From Candidatus Sungiibacteriota bacterium (GTDB lineage: Bacteria; Patescibacteriota; Minisyncoccia; Sungbacterales; HO2-52-23): a stretch of 64,000 bases of DNA. A program made the translations under genes and the position numbers. Numbering within the stretch: position 1 is the stretch's first letter; each line of letters begins with the position of its first letter. Location: NCBI GenBank assembly GCA_016180435.1, contig JACPBG010000004.1, positions 59,660 to 123,659 on the forward strand, given 5' to 3'. Below are positions 37,408 to 47,466 of the stretch, one piece after another. Under the pieces are notes generated by a model. The model did no database searches and was not told where the DNA came from. It saw nothing but the letters and a program-made list of their open reading frames with translations.

Positions 37408-38181
37408 TTGGAGGTACACATGAATGCGCCGAAAGAACTAAAAACTAAAGCGATTTATTTGAGAAAACGTGGTTTGAGTTATAACGAAATCCGACATCAC
37501 GTGCCGGTTGCAAAAAGCACATTAAGCTTGTGGCTTAAAAGCACCCCCCTCTCAAAAGAGCATAAACGTAGATTATATACCAAAAATATTCTTCTTCTTT
37601 CACGCGGACCAAATAGTCAACACGAAAGAAGAAAAAGGGAGATTGAAGCAATCATAGCACGGGCACATAGTGAGATTCATTTGCCGATTCAGCCGGAAAC
37701 ATTCCAGCTTATGGGCGCGGCGTTATATTGGGCAGAGGGAAGCAAGACGAAGAAATTTGAGTTTACAAATTCAGACCCGCATTTTATTCTTTTTATGGTT
37801 AGATGGGCAGAAAAAATTTTTGGTCTTTCCAGTAAAACCTTTAGTGCTACGTTAAATATCTATCCGCAACAAAACGAGGTACGGCTCAAAAAATTCTGGT
37901 CGGAACTGACAAACATTCCATTACATAATTTCGGAAAAAGTTTTGTTAAGCCGCTAAGCAAGAATTACAAGAAAAATAATCTTTACTACGGAACGATAAA
38001 AGTTTATGTGCCGCGAGGTACTGATATGCGTCATCGCGTTTTTGGATGGATTGAAGCCGCCTTGAAAAATATAGAACCGAAAGTAAATTCTATAACCAAG
38101 CGCTGGATATCTTTAAAAAAAACGCCGCGTCCTGTTAATTTATCCCCCCATAACTCAATTGGTAGAGTACCCGCCTCTTAA
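37408..38181 (+). CDS. HTH plus LAGLIDADG-like hypothetical protein
   Basis: LRKRGLSYNEI..VAKSTLSLW (HTH); ALYWAEGSK...FTNSDP; the 3' end overlaps tRNA-Lys. Confidence 0.75.
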   Translation: MEVHMNAPKELKTKAIYLRKRGLSYNEIRHHVPVAKSTLSLWLKSTPLSKEHKRRLYTKNILLLSRGPNSQHERRKREIEAIIARAHSEIHLPIQPETFQLMGAALYWAEGSKTKKFEFTNSDPHFILFMVRWAEKIFGLSSKTFSATLNIYPQQNEVRLKKFWSELTNIPLHNFGKSFVKPLSKNYKKNNLYYGTIKVYVPRGTDMRHRVFGWIEAALKNIEPKVNSITKRWISLKKTPRPVNLSPHNSIGRVPAS

Positions 38182-38216
38182 GCGGAATGTTCCAGGTTCG
38201 AGCCCTGGTGGGGGGA
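38144..38216 (+). tRNA. tRNA-Lys(CTT)
   Basis: CCCCCCA/TGGGGGG acceptor; anticodon arm ccgc-ctCTTaa-gcgg; GGTTCGAGCC. Confidence 0.9.
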
Positions 38217-38423
38217 AAATGCGGAGCATTTTCCGAGTTCACTTCCTGCTCTCCGTTCATTCATGAACGCAGAAATTGAAGTTAACTCCGGGCTGTGCCT
38301 AGGAGGCACGGAAATGATTGCCATTATTTTCCCCACTTATTGAACGATGCGCGAACTTATAAAAAAATGTGCTTGACTCAAAAAATGCGTATAATATTGA
38401 TATAAATCAAGTATTATAAAAGC

Positions 38424-39299
38424 ATGAAAAAAAATAAAGGGCCGGACAATCAAATTGCAATTTTTGAAAACTTTAAAATCCGCCGTCACTATGACGAAAA
38501 GGCGGAGATTTGGTATTTTTCAGTAATTGACATTATCCGAGTATTGATTGGTCAATCGGGTTATCAAGCCGCCAGAAATTATTGGAAAGTGCTTAAAAGC
38601 CGTCTGAAAACGGAGGGAAGTGAACTGGTTACAAAATGTAACCGGTTGAAAATGACAGCAGAAGACGGAAAGATGAGAGAAACCGACGTTGCAAACATCG
38701 AAACTATTTTACGATTAGTTCAATCCGTTCCTAGTCCAAAGGCCGAGCCGATAAAGCTTTGGCTGGCTAAAGTCGGCCATGAAAGAATTCAGGAGTTGGC
38801 TGATCCGGAAAAATCTTTAAATCGTGCCAGAGAAAATTGGAAAAAGCACGGCCGCAGTGGAAAGTGGATCCAGCAGAGGATGATGGGGCAGGAAACTAGA
38901 AATAAGTTAACTGATTATTGGAGCGGCCATGGCATTAAAGAAAAAGATGAGTTTGCCATTCTTACTAACATCATCCACCGGGAATGGTCTGATTTGACGA
39001 TCAAAGAGCACAAGAATTTGAAAGGTTTGAAAACGCAGAATCTGCGCGACCACATGAATGAAGCCGAACTAATTTTTACGGCTTTAGCCGAGTTGTCCAC
39101 TCGGCAAATCGCGGAAACGACGGAAGCCATGGGCGTAGATGAAAATAAAGTGGCCGGTAAAAGAGGCGGCGGCATTGCTAAGAAAGCGAGAATTGATTTG
39201 GAAAATAAAACCGGAAGGAAGGTGGTCACCGGAGACAATTATTTAAAGAATGCTGAAAGTAAAAAATTGCCGGAACAAGGCGTTCCGGTAAAGCTCTAA
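38424..39299 (+). CDS. Bro-N domain protein (phage antirepressor-like)
   Basis: WYFSVIDII, RNYWKVLK, AEDGKMRETD, PSPKAEPIKLWLA, NLRDHM. Confidence 0.88.
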   Translation: MKKNKGPDNQIAIFENFKIRRHYDEKAEIWYFSVIDIIRVLIGQSGYQAARNYWKVLKSRLKTEGSELVTKCNRLKMTAEDGKMRETDVANIETILRLVQSVPSPKAEPIKLWLAKVGHERIQELADPEKSLNRARENWKKHGRSGKWIQQRMMGQETRNKLTDYWSGHGIKEKDEFAILTNIIHREWSDLTIKEHKNLKGLKTQNLRDHMNEAELIFTALAELSTRQIAETTEAMGVDENKVAGKRGGGIAKKARIDLENKTGRKVVTGDNYLKNAESKKLPEQGVPVKL

Positions 39300-39851
39300 C
39301 TATTTTGGGAGAACAACGTATCCGATTTGTTTTTGCCCGGTAACACACGGCAGAAACTGCGTATAAAACGGCTCATTAATTCCTGATGCATTATTGGGCA
39401 TCGCGTGCCGCATAATCAGCCGGAGTTCATGGACGGTTTTGGGTTTTCTCTTTCGGATGAGTTTCGTGGCCGCCAGACACTCCTGATTGAAACGCGGACC
39501 AATCAGATGTTTATATCGCACCGCGAGATAAACAGTCCGCGCCAGCTGGTCTCGGAAAATTCTCCGGACACTGCGATCTTGTGTCGTGACCGGATCAAAC
39601 GCCAATCGGGCATAAGGGAATGGAATTAGCCATTCTATTTCCACATCGTCGTCCGGAACAAGCGATATATCGGTAAGCACCCAGCCCACGTACATATTGC
39701 GGTGATGCTTGTCTTCCACTGTTTTAATGGCATCTGCGATAGGAATCAGGCCGTTTTCTCCGTCAGCCGCGATTTCAACCCTGCGTTTTTCAAGTCCGGT
39801 ACGTTTTTCCGGAGGAGTTTTGGGATCGGCAAAAGTTGCTCTCCACTTCAT
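39300..39851 (-). CDS. Hypothetical protein
   Basis: 183-aa ORF filling the gap downstream of thyX; no family recognised. Confidence 0.55.
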   Translation of the reverse strand: MKWRATFADPKTPPEKRTGLEKRRVEIAADGENGLIPIADAIKTVEDKHHRNMYVGWVLTDISLVPDDDVEIEWLIPFPYARLAFDPVTTQDRSVRRIFRDQLARTVYLAVRYKHLIGPRFNQECLAATKLIRKRKPKTVHELRLIMRHAMPNNASGINEPFYTQFLPCVTGQKQIGYVVLPK

Positions 39852-39938
39852 AATATTGATTCCTTAAAGAACTGTCTTGCGGACAGCTTAACATATCTTG
39901 TTATTATGACAAGAGGACGAAATGGTTCGTTAGATATT

Positions 39939-41639
39939 TTAAAACGCCAATTGTTGGAGTTTTTTTTGGATTTTTTCTTCCTGCCCTCTTCGTGCGAAGT
40001 CATATTCGCCCATGTTTACGCGCATATGCTCGGCAATTAGTGGATAAGCTTTTTCCAAAAGCTTGAATTTTTCCTGCGCAATATGGCGATAATCCGGATG
40101 TCCCTCGGGAATGGAGCGTAATTCCATTTCCCAAAAACATTCGCGCAGATTTTCCCATTGCATAAAGCGCACGCGATGCGCCAGGGTTACGGCATATTGC
40201 GCCAGAGCCGGATTTTTACGGCTGATTTTATAAAATACGTCCTCGGCTTTTTTAATTGCTTCCGAAAATTCATCCGTAAGTCCTGCCTCGGTAATTTCCG
40301 GCGGCACATGATATCCGTGATAGCAGGAAAAATCCTGTCGCATCTGGGTAAGCATGCGGTGGCGGTGCAAATCGCGCCAGGCCCCGATATTTACGGCAAT
40401 TTCAAAGCGCACATAGGCATTTTCAAACGCGCGCCCCACTCTTTGCCAGCGTTCGGTCCGGTTGCCAAGATACGCGGCGATGATTTTTCGTTTTTCATTC
40501 GTAGACATTTTTTGCACGCGCATAAAAATCTCCTCCCAGGGTAAATGGTTTCGCGGAGCGGAAAATAAAATGCCCGTAATAATTTTTTCTTCCCCCCGCG
40601 GGTCATATTCAATGAGAAAAACTTCGGTTTCGCCGCGCGAGGATACGAGTCGCTCTCCGAGCCCATCTTTCATCAACGGAAATACGCGCTCGCCCTTTTT
40701 TGCCAAATACTCCTGGTAATTTTTAGAATTTTCCTGCTCTATTCTTCGTAAAAACGACGGAACCGCGGTATTCAGTTCCTGATATGCCATCCGGGCAACC
40801 CAGCGGATTTCGCCAAGCGCGTGGCGCGATGAGCGGGTGATAAGATATTCAAATGCCTGTCCGTTGCCGAAAAATGCGACCTGGGAAAGCGTGGATACCG
40901 GCAAAAGGCCGCGGAGCGTATCAAACGCCTTTTTTTCCACTACTGCGGGTTTTTCTTCCGAAAAACGCTTTTGCAGCCATTCGGTCAGGCGCGGAATAAG
41001 ACGCGTATATGTTTCAAAAAGTCCGTCCATAGCGGTGCGGTATTCGGCTTCAAGCCCCATTTCTTTTAGGGTCGGATCGGTGTAATAAAGATATGAACCG
41101 CCTGCTTTTTTGGAATAATTTACATAGCGGGTGGATTTTTCAATGGGCGCCAATCCTATGCGCTGGTCTTCAAGGTGTTTAATGGCAACCTGTGAGATTC
41201 CGGTGAAAACCAGATGCATTCCGGCCATCTGGGCTATGGAGTCGTCGCCGTATTCGGCGAGCCACTTTACGTAAAAAGCGCGCGCCTTGGGGTTTGAAAA
41301 AATTTCAAGAAACGGGTGCTTTTGCAGAAATTCCACAAATTCGGCAAGCGATCTCCCGTATTTTTCTTTTTCCGCAAAACTTTCATCCGTATCTTTAGGA
41401 TCGCACGCGGGATTTAAAAACGGACCGATAAACTCTTTCAAAAAAATCAGGCGTAAATCATCCGCGGCGCGGCTGGTGCGGGAACACAACGCGCCGATGA
41501 GCTCCGGCGCAAAAATCAGCGGCACATATACGGATTTATCCAAATTGGTAAAAAATGGCGCAATCAGTTTGCATTCTTCTGCGGTGTAATCATCCGGTTT
41601 AAAAATTGGAGCGAATTCTTCAGATGGTTTCATGAGCAT
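39939..41639 (-). CDS. thyX: FAD-dependent thymidylate synthase (double-domain ThyX)
   Basis: YGDDSIAQ, EKSTRYV, DTLRGLLP, WRDLHRHR, ELRS..GH. Confidence 0.92.
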   Translation of the reverse strand: MLMKPSEEFAPIFKPDDYTAEECKLIAPFFTNLDKSVYVPLIFAPELIGALCSRTSRAADDLRLIFLKEFIGPFLNPACDPKDTDESFAEKEKYGRSLAEFVEFLQKHPFLEIFSNPKARAFYVKWLAEYGDDSIAQMAGMHLVFTGISQVAIKHLEDQRIGLAPIEKSTRYVNYSKKAGGSYLYYTDPTLKEMGLEAEYRTAMDGLFETYTRLIPRLTEWLQKRFSEEKPAVVEKKAFDTLRGLLPVSTLSQVAFFGNGQAFEYLITRSSRHALGEIRWVARMAYQELNTAVPSFLRRIEQENSKNYQEYLAKKGERVFPLMKDGLGERLVSSRGETEVFLIEYDPRGEEKIITGILFSAPRNHLPWEEIFMRVQKMSTNEKRKIIAAYLGNRTERWQRVGRAFENAYVRFEIAVNIGAWRDLHRHRMLTQMRQDFSCYHGYHVPPEITEAGLTDEFSEAIKKAEDVFYKISRKNPALAQYAVTLAHRVRFMQWENLRECFWEMELRSIPEGHPDYRHIAQEKFKLLEKAYPLIAEHMRVNMGEYDFARRGQEEKIQKKLQQLAF

Positions 41640-41723
41640 AGTATTCCTATATTAAAAGAACAAAGATTATTTGCATAGTAGTATTTTTCCCCACTTTTTG
41701 AGTTATGAGTTAGTTCATATTAA

Positions 41724-41765
41724 AATGTATCTAAAATTACGCTTAAGCGTAATTTTAGATACATT
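41724..41765. repeat. 42-bp perfect palindrome
   Basis: aatgtatctaaaattacgctt|aagcgtaattttagatacatt. Confidence 0.9.
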
Positions 41766-41798
41766 CCCTAAAAACGTAAAAATGTTATCCCGATGAAA

Positions 41799-42593
41799 TT
41801 ATAAAGATATAATGGGTTTTATTTTATTCCAAATCTCGCCGGAAACACTTTGAATATTACCGGAGCCGTCGAAATTTTCCATCACCATTCCGTGTTTTGA
41901 TCTTAAATCCTCCGCGGCCTCCTGATACGCGCGATCAATTCTTTCCAGCCGTTCTCGGGTGTCATGATATTCCAATCGCCCCCGCTGTTTTTTCATTGTT
42001 CTTTCAAGGCCGATAACAACGGGTACGGAAAGAAAAATTGAGCAGTCGGGCATCAAAAATTCATCACCCAAAACATCATATTGCATTTCAAGAAACGGTC
42101 GCCATCCGGCCCCATCAGCTGCGCCATAGGCAACGGTGGATAAAAAATAGCGGTCGCTGACCACAACTGTTCCCTCGCGAAGCGCCGGAATAATTATTTG
42201 AGAAAGATGTTCGTGCCGGTCCAGAGTCATAATGGTCTGAAGAAGCAATATGATATTTTGGTGCTCAAGCGATATTTTTTTGGCCGCCATCTCCTCAAGG
42301 CGCGTTATGTACATTAATTTTTTTTCGTTTGCCGCCCGTTTTGAATTAAGATATTCCTCGTTTAAAAGCAGTCCTTTGAGCGATTCGCGTACGAATTCCT
42401 GCGCCGATTCCGCTTCATACATTAATCGCGCCAATTTCCCAAAAAAAAGATCATCCGTGGGTTCGCGGGTAAGTAGAGCCTTTTTGCCATTTTTACTAAG
42501 TTGTTCGGCTAAAAGCTTGGCTTGGGTGGTTTTGCCCGAGCCCTCAATGCCCTCAAATACGATAAATTTTCCCGGATAAGGATTTTTTTGCAT
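41799..42593 (-). CDS. tmk: Thymidylate kinase
   Basis: FEGIEGSGKTTQ, TREPT, SDRYFLSTVAYG; internal insertion of about 50 aa. Confidence 0.93.
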   Translation of the reverse strand: MQKNPYPGKFIVFEGIEGSGKTTQAKLLAEQLSKNGKKALLTREPTDDLFFGKLARLMYEAESAQEFVRESLKGLLLNEEYLNSKRAANEKKLMYITRLEEMAAKKISLEHQNIILLLQTIMTLDRHEHLSQIIIPALREGTVVVSDRYFLSTVAYGAADGAGWRPFLEMQYDVLGDEFLMPDCSIFLSVPVVIGLERTMKKQRGRLEYHDTRERLERIDRAYQEAAEDLRSKHGMVMENFDGSGNIQSVSGEIWNKIKPIISL

Positions 42594-42697
42594 GTCCGAA
42601 TTTATTTTGCCACACTTATAAATATTTGTATAGTTGCCGTCCGCCAAATGTCATGGCAGAATTATTTATAGTATAGTTCTTTGGGCGGGAATTTTAA

Positions 42698-43345
42698 ATG
42701 AAAGTCGTGATAGAACGGAGCGAGCCGATTGAATGCGCACTTGAGCGTCTTTATAATTCAGTTCTTTTAAATACCGGGGAAGAGAAAATCTATTACTTCC
42801 GAACTTCCACCATGCGCCTCGCGGATTTTAGGCCGCAGGAGATAAATCCGACCTCTTTATATGTTTTGCGCGATCACCTTGAATTTCAACGGGAACTTCA
42901 TAGCGAATTGCTGGCGTTTGGGATAGACACGTTTCGTATGGATGAAGTGATTCATTATCGTGTGGATGGCGGAGAGCTATGGGGTATGGCGCCGCCCGTG
43001 GTTGAGATTCATGAGGAATTCATATCTATTACGTCGCGGCGGCAAAAGGATGTTTCCGAGCTGCGTGTGCGGGTGGCGCTTTTGGAAGACGGAGAACACA
43101 GGGCTTGGTGTGCCATGAAATTACATACAACCCTGCGTTGTATTTTAATCAGCGACACCGATTCGGCGAAATATCCATTTGTCGCATATCCTGTTTCTTG
43201 GGCGGATGTTAAGGTGTGCGATGCGGTACCGTCTCGAAAAAGATATTACCGCAATTCTCAAAATCAGTATGTATTTGCCCGGCCACTTCATATACTGCGC
43301 CAAGTGGGTGATATCCCGCCACCGCCGGAGATCGGAAGAAAATAA
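42698..43345 (+). CDS. Hypothetical protein with ParB/Srx-like DGxHR motif (paralog A)
   Basis: PPVVE...LLEDGEHRAW; paralog of 44661-45328. Confidence 0.7.
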   Translation: MKVVIERSEPIECALERLYNSVLLNTGEEKIYYFRTSTMRLADFRPQEINPTSLYVLRDHLEFQRELHSELLAFGIDTFRMDEVIHYRVDGGELWGMAPPVVEIHEEFISITSRRQKDVSELRVRVALLEDGEHRAWCAMKLHTTLRCILISDTDSAKYPFVAYPVSWADVKVCDAVPSRKRYYRNSQNQYVFARPLHILRQVGDIPPPPEIGRK

Positions 43346-43365
43346 TTGCCTTAGGGTCGGTTTAA

Positions 43366-43881
43366 CTATATCAACTGCCGCACCAATGCGGCGGTTTTTT
43401 TAAAAACAGCTCTTTGGCCTTTTGAAGTATTTATTACATAATGCGGTTCGCGGATTTTCTCAAAACTCTGCCGCATGGCAAGGTATTGCGAGAAACGCGC
43501 ATCGCTTATACTGCGGTGCGTTCTTTTGTTTAGGCGTAAATGCACCACAGCCACGGAACACATTGTTTCTATAATTACAAAGCGCCGTCCGAGGAGTTTG
43601 GCAATGCGAAGTGCGGTTTTGCGGTGTTTCTTTTTTGAAAATGTGGCATCAAGGATTATATTTCGTGTCTCCTCGGATTTTTGTGCTTGTAAAAAAAGTT
43701 CGCGATACACCCGATCCACATTTTTGGCGTCATAACGCGGCTGACGAAAGATCTCTTTTCGTATCACATCTGTGCGTAGAAGCTTGGCACCAAGGCGTTG
43801 GGCAAGTATTTTTGCCACCGTGCTTTTTCCGGTCCCGGGCAGTCCGCACACAATAATAAGAAGTTTTTGTCCACTTGTCAT
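43366..43881 (-). CDS. AAA_33-type P-loop kinase
   Basis: CGLPGTGKST, RTDVIRK, ILDATF, SDA. Confidence 0.85.
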   Translation of the reverse strand: MTSGQKLLIIVCGLPGTGKSTVAKILAQRLGAKLLRTDVIRKEIFRQPRYDAKNVDRVYRELFLQAQKSEETRNIILDATFSKKKHRKTALRIAKLLGRRFVIIETMCSVAVVHLRLNKRTHRSISDARFSQYLAMRQSFEKIREPHYVINTSKGQRAVFKKTAALVRQLI

Positions 43882-43947
43882 ATTATTATCATATATTATA
43901 CTTTTAACTGGGTTTTTGAAATAGCCAAATAAGAAAGGACGGCGCGG

Positions 43948-44658
43948 ATGATACGAGTTATTTTGGTTGACGGACTTTTTACGATTTTTGTTCCGAAAAA
44001 CGGCATGAGCAGATACGAAATGCTACAACTTTTAATCGTCAAATTTCTTGGCGTACGGATTGAGGTTGATGAAATTCAGCCGGTATACGATGCCATGCGT
44101 AAAAAATGGGAAGAGATCCTACCGCCAAATCACGGAGAAAAGTGGGCGATTATTGACCGCGAAATATTGCGGGCGCTTGTTCCCACAATTTCGTTGGCAA
44201 ATGCGGCTTTGGTCGGCAAGAAAATAAGCCATGCCACACTTTCGGACCCCGATCTTTATGAAATTTTGCCGGATACGCGCGGATTTTTGCGGCGCGCCAA
44301 ACACCGCGGAATACGTACGGTATTCGCCTCAAATCAGGATAAGGAAAAGTTACAAATTCTGATTGGGGCTTTCGGATTGGGACCGCTGGTTAACGCGGTG
44401 TATGTTTCTACGGAAATCGGCCATGAGAAACCAAGCCAGGATTTTTTTGAAGCAATACTTCGGCAGGAAAATATTCGGGCCGATGAATGCGTGATGGTTG
44501 GCAATAATCCGCATAATGACATTTACGGCGCGGCTTCAGTCGGAATTCGCGGGATTTTATATGACCGTGACAATGCCTATTCGGATTTTTCCGGACATCG
44601 CGTATCGCGTCTTAGCGAGGTTTTCGAGATTGATGCAATTTTTGGGGAAAGGAGATAG
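43948..44658 (+). CDS. HAD-family hydrolase
   Basis: Degenerate motif I (LVDGLFT), ASN, EKP, MVGNNPHND. Confidence 0.8.
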   Translation: MIRVILVDGLFTIFVPKNGMSRYEMLQLLIVKFLGVRIEVDEIQPVYDAMRKKWEEILPPNHGEKWAIIDREILRALVPTISLANAALVGKKISHATLSDPDLYEILPDTRGFLRRAKHRGIRTVFASNQDKEKLQILIGAFGLGPLVNAVYVSTEIGHEKPSQDFFEAILRQENIRADECVMVGNNPHNDIYGAASVGIRGILYDRDNAYSDFSGHRVSRLSEVFEIDAIFGERR

Positions 44659-44660
44659 CG

Positions 44661-45328
44661 ATGCGGATAATTTTGGAGCGGGTTGAGCCATTTGAAAAAG
44701 CGTTTGCGCGCTTGCGCGAGTCGCCGTTGGAACAAGCCGGAGACGAAAAAATCTTGATTTACCGCGATGCCAATATCCGGCTGGCAAAATTTTACGCCGC
44801 GGAATTAAACCCGACCGCGCTTTATGTGTTAGATCATAAGTTGGAGTTTCAGCGAGAAATGCGCCGCTATCTCCTGGATCGTTACCAGATTGATACGTTT
44901 AATCCGCCGGGCATTTTGCATCTGCGAAACGAGGAGGGAAAACTGGAGGCCATGTTTCCGCCGTTTGTGGAATTTTATCCCGAGCAATTGCGGATATTGC
45001 CCAAAAAAGGAGATAACACCCCCCCAAAGGGCAGAATCTGCTGATTCCTGTTATGAAAGACGGAATCCACCGCGCGTATGATGCGTATAGGAATAACGAA
45101 TCCATTCTTTGTATTGTCGTATCAAGAGCTCTGGCGGAGCCGCGGCCGTATGCGTATCCGAATGCGTGGGACGAAATAAAAGTTTGCGATAAAATTCCTT
45201 TGGTTAAAAAGTACTATCGCCGCAAAGATCCATACACTTTTATGCGCCCCTTGACCGCGCTTCGCCAGACCGGAGAAGCGCAAGTCCTTCCACAATGGGG
45301 AAGAACCGACGGCGGAATAGGAAAATAG
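44661..45328 (+). pseudogene. Frameshifted paralog B of the DGxHR protein (ORFs 44661-45044 and 45053-45328)
   Basis: The two halves align in order to paralog A; the frame changes at the C7/CCCAAAG tract near 45019-45029. Confidence 0.7.
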
Positions 45329-45392
45329 GCATTGTAACAAGTGCCTTTTTTTTTGTTTGAAATTTTACGTCGCCCCGATTATGATTAACTAT

Positions 45393-45944
45393 ATGACCAA
45401 ACAAATAATCATTGCGGTGGTTGGCCTTATCGGATCCGGAAAGACTGAGGCCACCCAAAAATTTATAGAGGCCGGTTTTGAAAGAGTCGGATTTAATGAT
45501 CGCGTATATGAAGAGTTGGATCAAAGAGGTCTTGCGTGCATAGAAAAAAACGAACGTGCGGTTCGGGAGGAACTTCGCGCACAAGAGGGCATGGGCGTTA
45601 TGGCTAAGCGCTCGCTTTCTAAAGTAGAATCGGCCCTGCGGGATGGAAAAAATGTCGTGGTGGAAAGTTTATACAGCTGGGATGAGTATAAAATCATGAA
45701 AGAGCGGTTTGGCGAACAATTCCGAACTCTGGCAATTTATGCGCAGCCCGAAATTCGTTATCGGCGTTTGGCGGCCCGCCCGATCCGTCCGCTTTCGCTG
45801 GAAAATGCGATTTCCCGAGATTATGCCCAAATAGAAAATCTTGATCAGGCCGGGCCGATTGTAATGGCTGATTGGACCATAGAAAATATCGGGACCAGAG
45901 AAGAATTGCTGGCGGCATTGGATAAAATTATTAACGGACTATAG
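45393..45944 (+). CDS. Dephospho-CoA/nucleotide kinase-like P-loop protein
   Basis: VVGLIGSGKT, RRLAARPIRP, ADWTIEN. Confidence 0.82.
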   Translation: MTKQIIIAVVGLIGSGKTEATQKFIEAGFERVGFNDRVYEELDQRGLACIEKNERAVREELRAQEGMGVMAKRSLSKVESALRDGKNVVVESLYSWDEYKIMKERFGEQFRTLAIYAQPEIRYRRLAARPIRPLSLENAISRDYAQIENLDQAGPIVMADWTIENIGTREELLAALDKIINGL

Positions 45945-46024
45945 ATAAAAAAACGGCGCAGAAAAATGCGTCGTTTGGATTTTGGGGGCGGATTGATTTA
46001 AATCCGGGTGTATGGTCCGGCAGA

Positions 46025-46684
46025 TTATGATGCAAGAAGGTCGGGGTTATTGTTCAGGTATTTCATAATTTCCAGACTCCAATTATCAATGCCGAGAAGC
46101 CCGCGGGCTTTTTCTTTTTGGTCGCGTTCCGTGAGTTCCTCAAGCGACCACCATTTGGCCTCTTCCAGCTCCTCGCCGGCGTTTATACGAACCGAAAGTT
46201 CGTCACCCATAAGGAGAAATGCAAACCCCAGATGCGCCGCGCTGACTTGGCGCGACGGGTCGTAAATTACGCCGATGGGAAACGCAAAGGGCAGTCCTTC
46301 GTATCGAATTTCCTCGCACCATTCGCGCCGGAACCACCCTATCAAGCTTCCATAATCCGTGGTGTCGCGTTTTCGCAGGTGTCCGGCTATGCCTATCATT
46401 CGTTCGCCGTGAAGGCGCGTTTCACTTGAGCGGTTTGACTTAACATATGAGAAGATTTTTTCCTGCGCCGAAAGAACGCCGAAAGGAATAACCTGCAGCC
46501 ATTCGGTGGTGTAGGTTTCATCTACTCCATTTTTTCCGAAGCGCGGCAGAAATTTATGGCATTGGCGCACAACTTTAAGGAGGCGGCTGAATTCCGGATT
46601 GATGCCCATCCACGAGCCGTTGGCAAAAATGTCGTCTCGGTGCACGACCATTACTTCTTCGTTTTCACGATTTCGTCGCGCCAT
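46025..46684 (-). CDS. NUDIX-like phosphoesterase
   Basis: QVIPF, ETRLHG..IGIAGH, REWCEEI, VSAAHLG, DNWS. Confidence 0.75.
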   Translation of the reverse strand: MARRNRENEEVMVVHRDDIFANGSWMGINPEFSRLLKVVRQCHKFLPRFGKNGVDETYTTEWLQVIPFGVLSAQEKIFSYVKSNRSSETRLHGERMIGIAGHLRKRDTTDYGSLIGWFRREWCEEIRYEGLPFAFPIGVIYDPSRQVSAAHLGFAFLLMGDELSVRINAGEELEEAKWWSLEELTERDQKEKARGLLGIDNWSLEIMKYLNNNPDLLAS

Positions 46685-46837
46685 TGGACAGCTCAATCTG
46701 TAAAAAATCTATATCCAATTAAGCATATAAGATTAAAGACGGCAAGCCACTATCGACTAGTTCGGCCGGGTTTACAATCCGCACCGGATGTTATATGCTA
46801 TCCGTAGTTCATTTATACGTGAGTTAAGGAGAATTTT

Positions 46838-47182
46838 ATGTGCCAGGCATATGAAGCGGAGCGGAGTTTCATTGTTCATTCAGAGAACATTGCAACGGTT
46901 AAAGGATTTGTTGCGGCTCGAAGAGGTGAGCCGAAAAAGTCCAATCCTTATCATGAATTTGAAAAATACAGCAGAGAGGCGTGGGATCATGGATGGAGAT
47001 GCTGGAATTCAAACCCCCCGGTTTTACCCTGGGCCCTGGAGCAGCAGCTACCTTCTGGCGAGAGGACCAAGGCGCGGCTGTGTTTTGAGAAAACTCGTGA
47101 ACTTCCGGAAGTTCTTTTGCAAGAAGTCGAATCTTGGGACCAGGTGGCAGTGGCCGATGCGTTTTTGGAGAAAAGACAATGA
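46838..47182 (+). CDS. Hypothetical protein
   Basis: AGGAG RBS upstream; ATGA overlap with the next ORF. Confidence 0.55.
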   Translation: MCQAYEAERSFIVHSENIATVKGFVAARRGEPKKSNPYHEFEKYSREAWDHGWRCWNSNPPVLPWALEQQLPSGERTKARLCFEKTRELPEVLLQEVESWDQVAVADAFLEKRQ

Positions 47183-47418
47183 AGAAAAAAGAATTTCTTG
47201 TTCCTGTCGACAAGTTAGAATTGGGTGCAGGAATTCCTTGCGAGATTATAGAGACATGTGATGCCGTGCCCCGCGGCGATGGTGTTGTTGAACCATGTTT
47301 TCATATCCGGATAACCGTTGGCGTAGAATGGTTTATTCCTGTCAATCCGGAAACTGCCTACATTTTGCTTTCCGAAGATGATGTGGCGGCCGGTAAAATC
47401 CCTGAGGTATTTGATTAA
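47179..47418 (+). CDS. Hypothetical protein
   Basis: Translationally coupled to the previous ORF. Confidence 0.45.
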   Translation: MKKKEFLVPVDKLELGAGIPCEIIETCDAVPRGDGVVEPCFHIRITVGVEWFIPVNPETAYILLSEDDVAAGKIPEVFD

Positions 47419-47466
47419 CCACCCGATTTGATATAAAAATAGCGTTTCGATTTAGGCGAAGCGCTT

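Noticed and set aside
38424-39851. Prophage next to tRNA-Lys
   Set aside because: Only a Bro-N gene; no integrase, structural or replication genes.
46788-47261. 157-aa ORF
   Set aside because: The overlapping 46838-47182 frame has a clear RBS and is coupled to the next ORF, so it is preferred.
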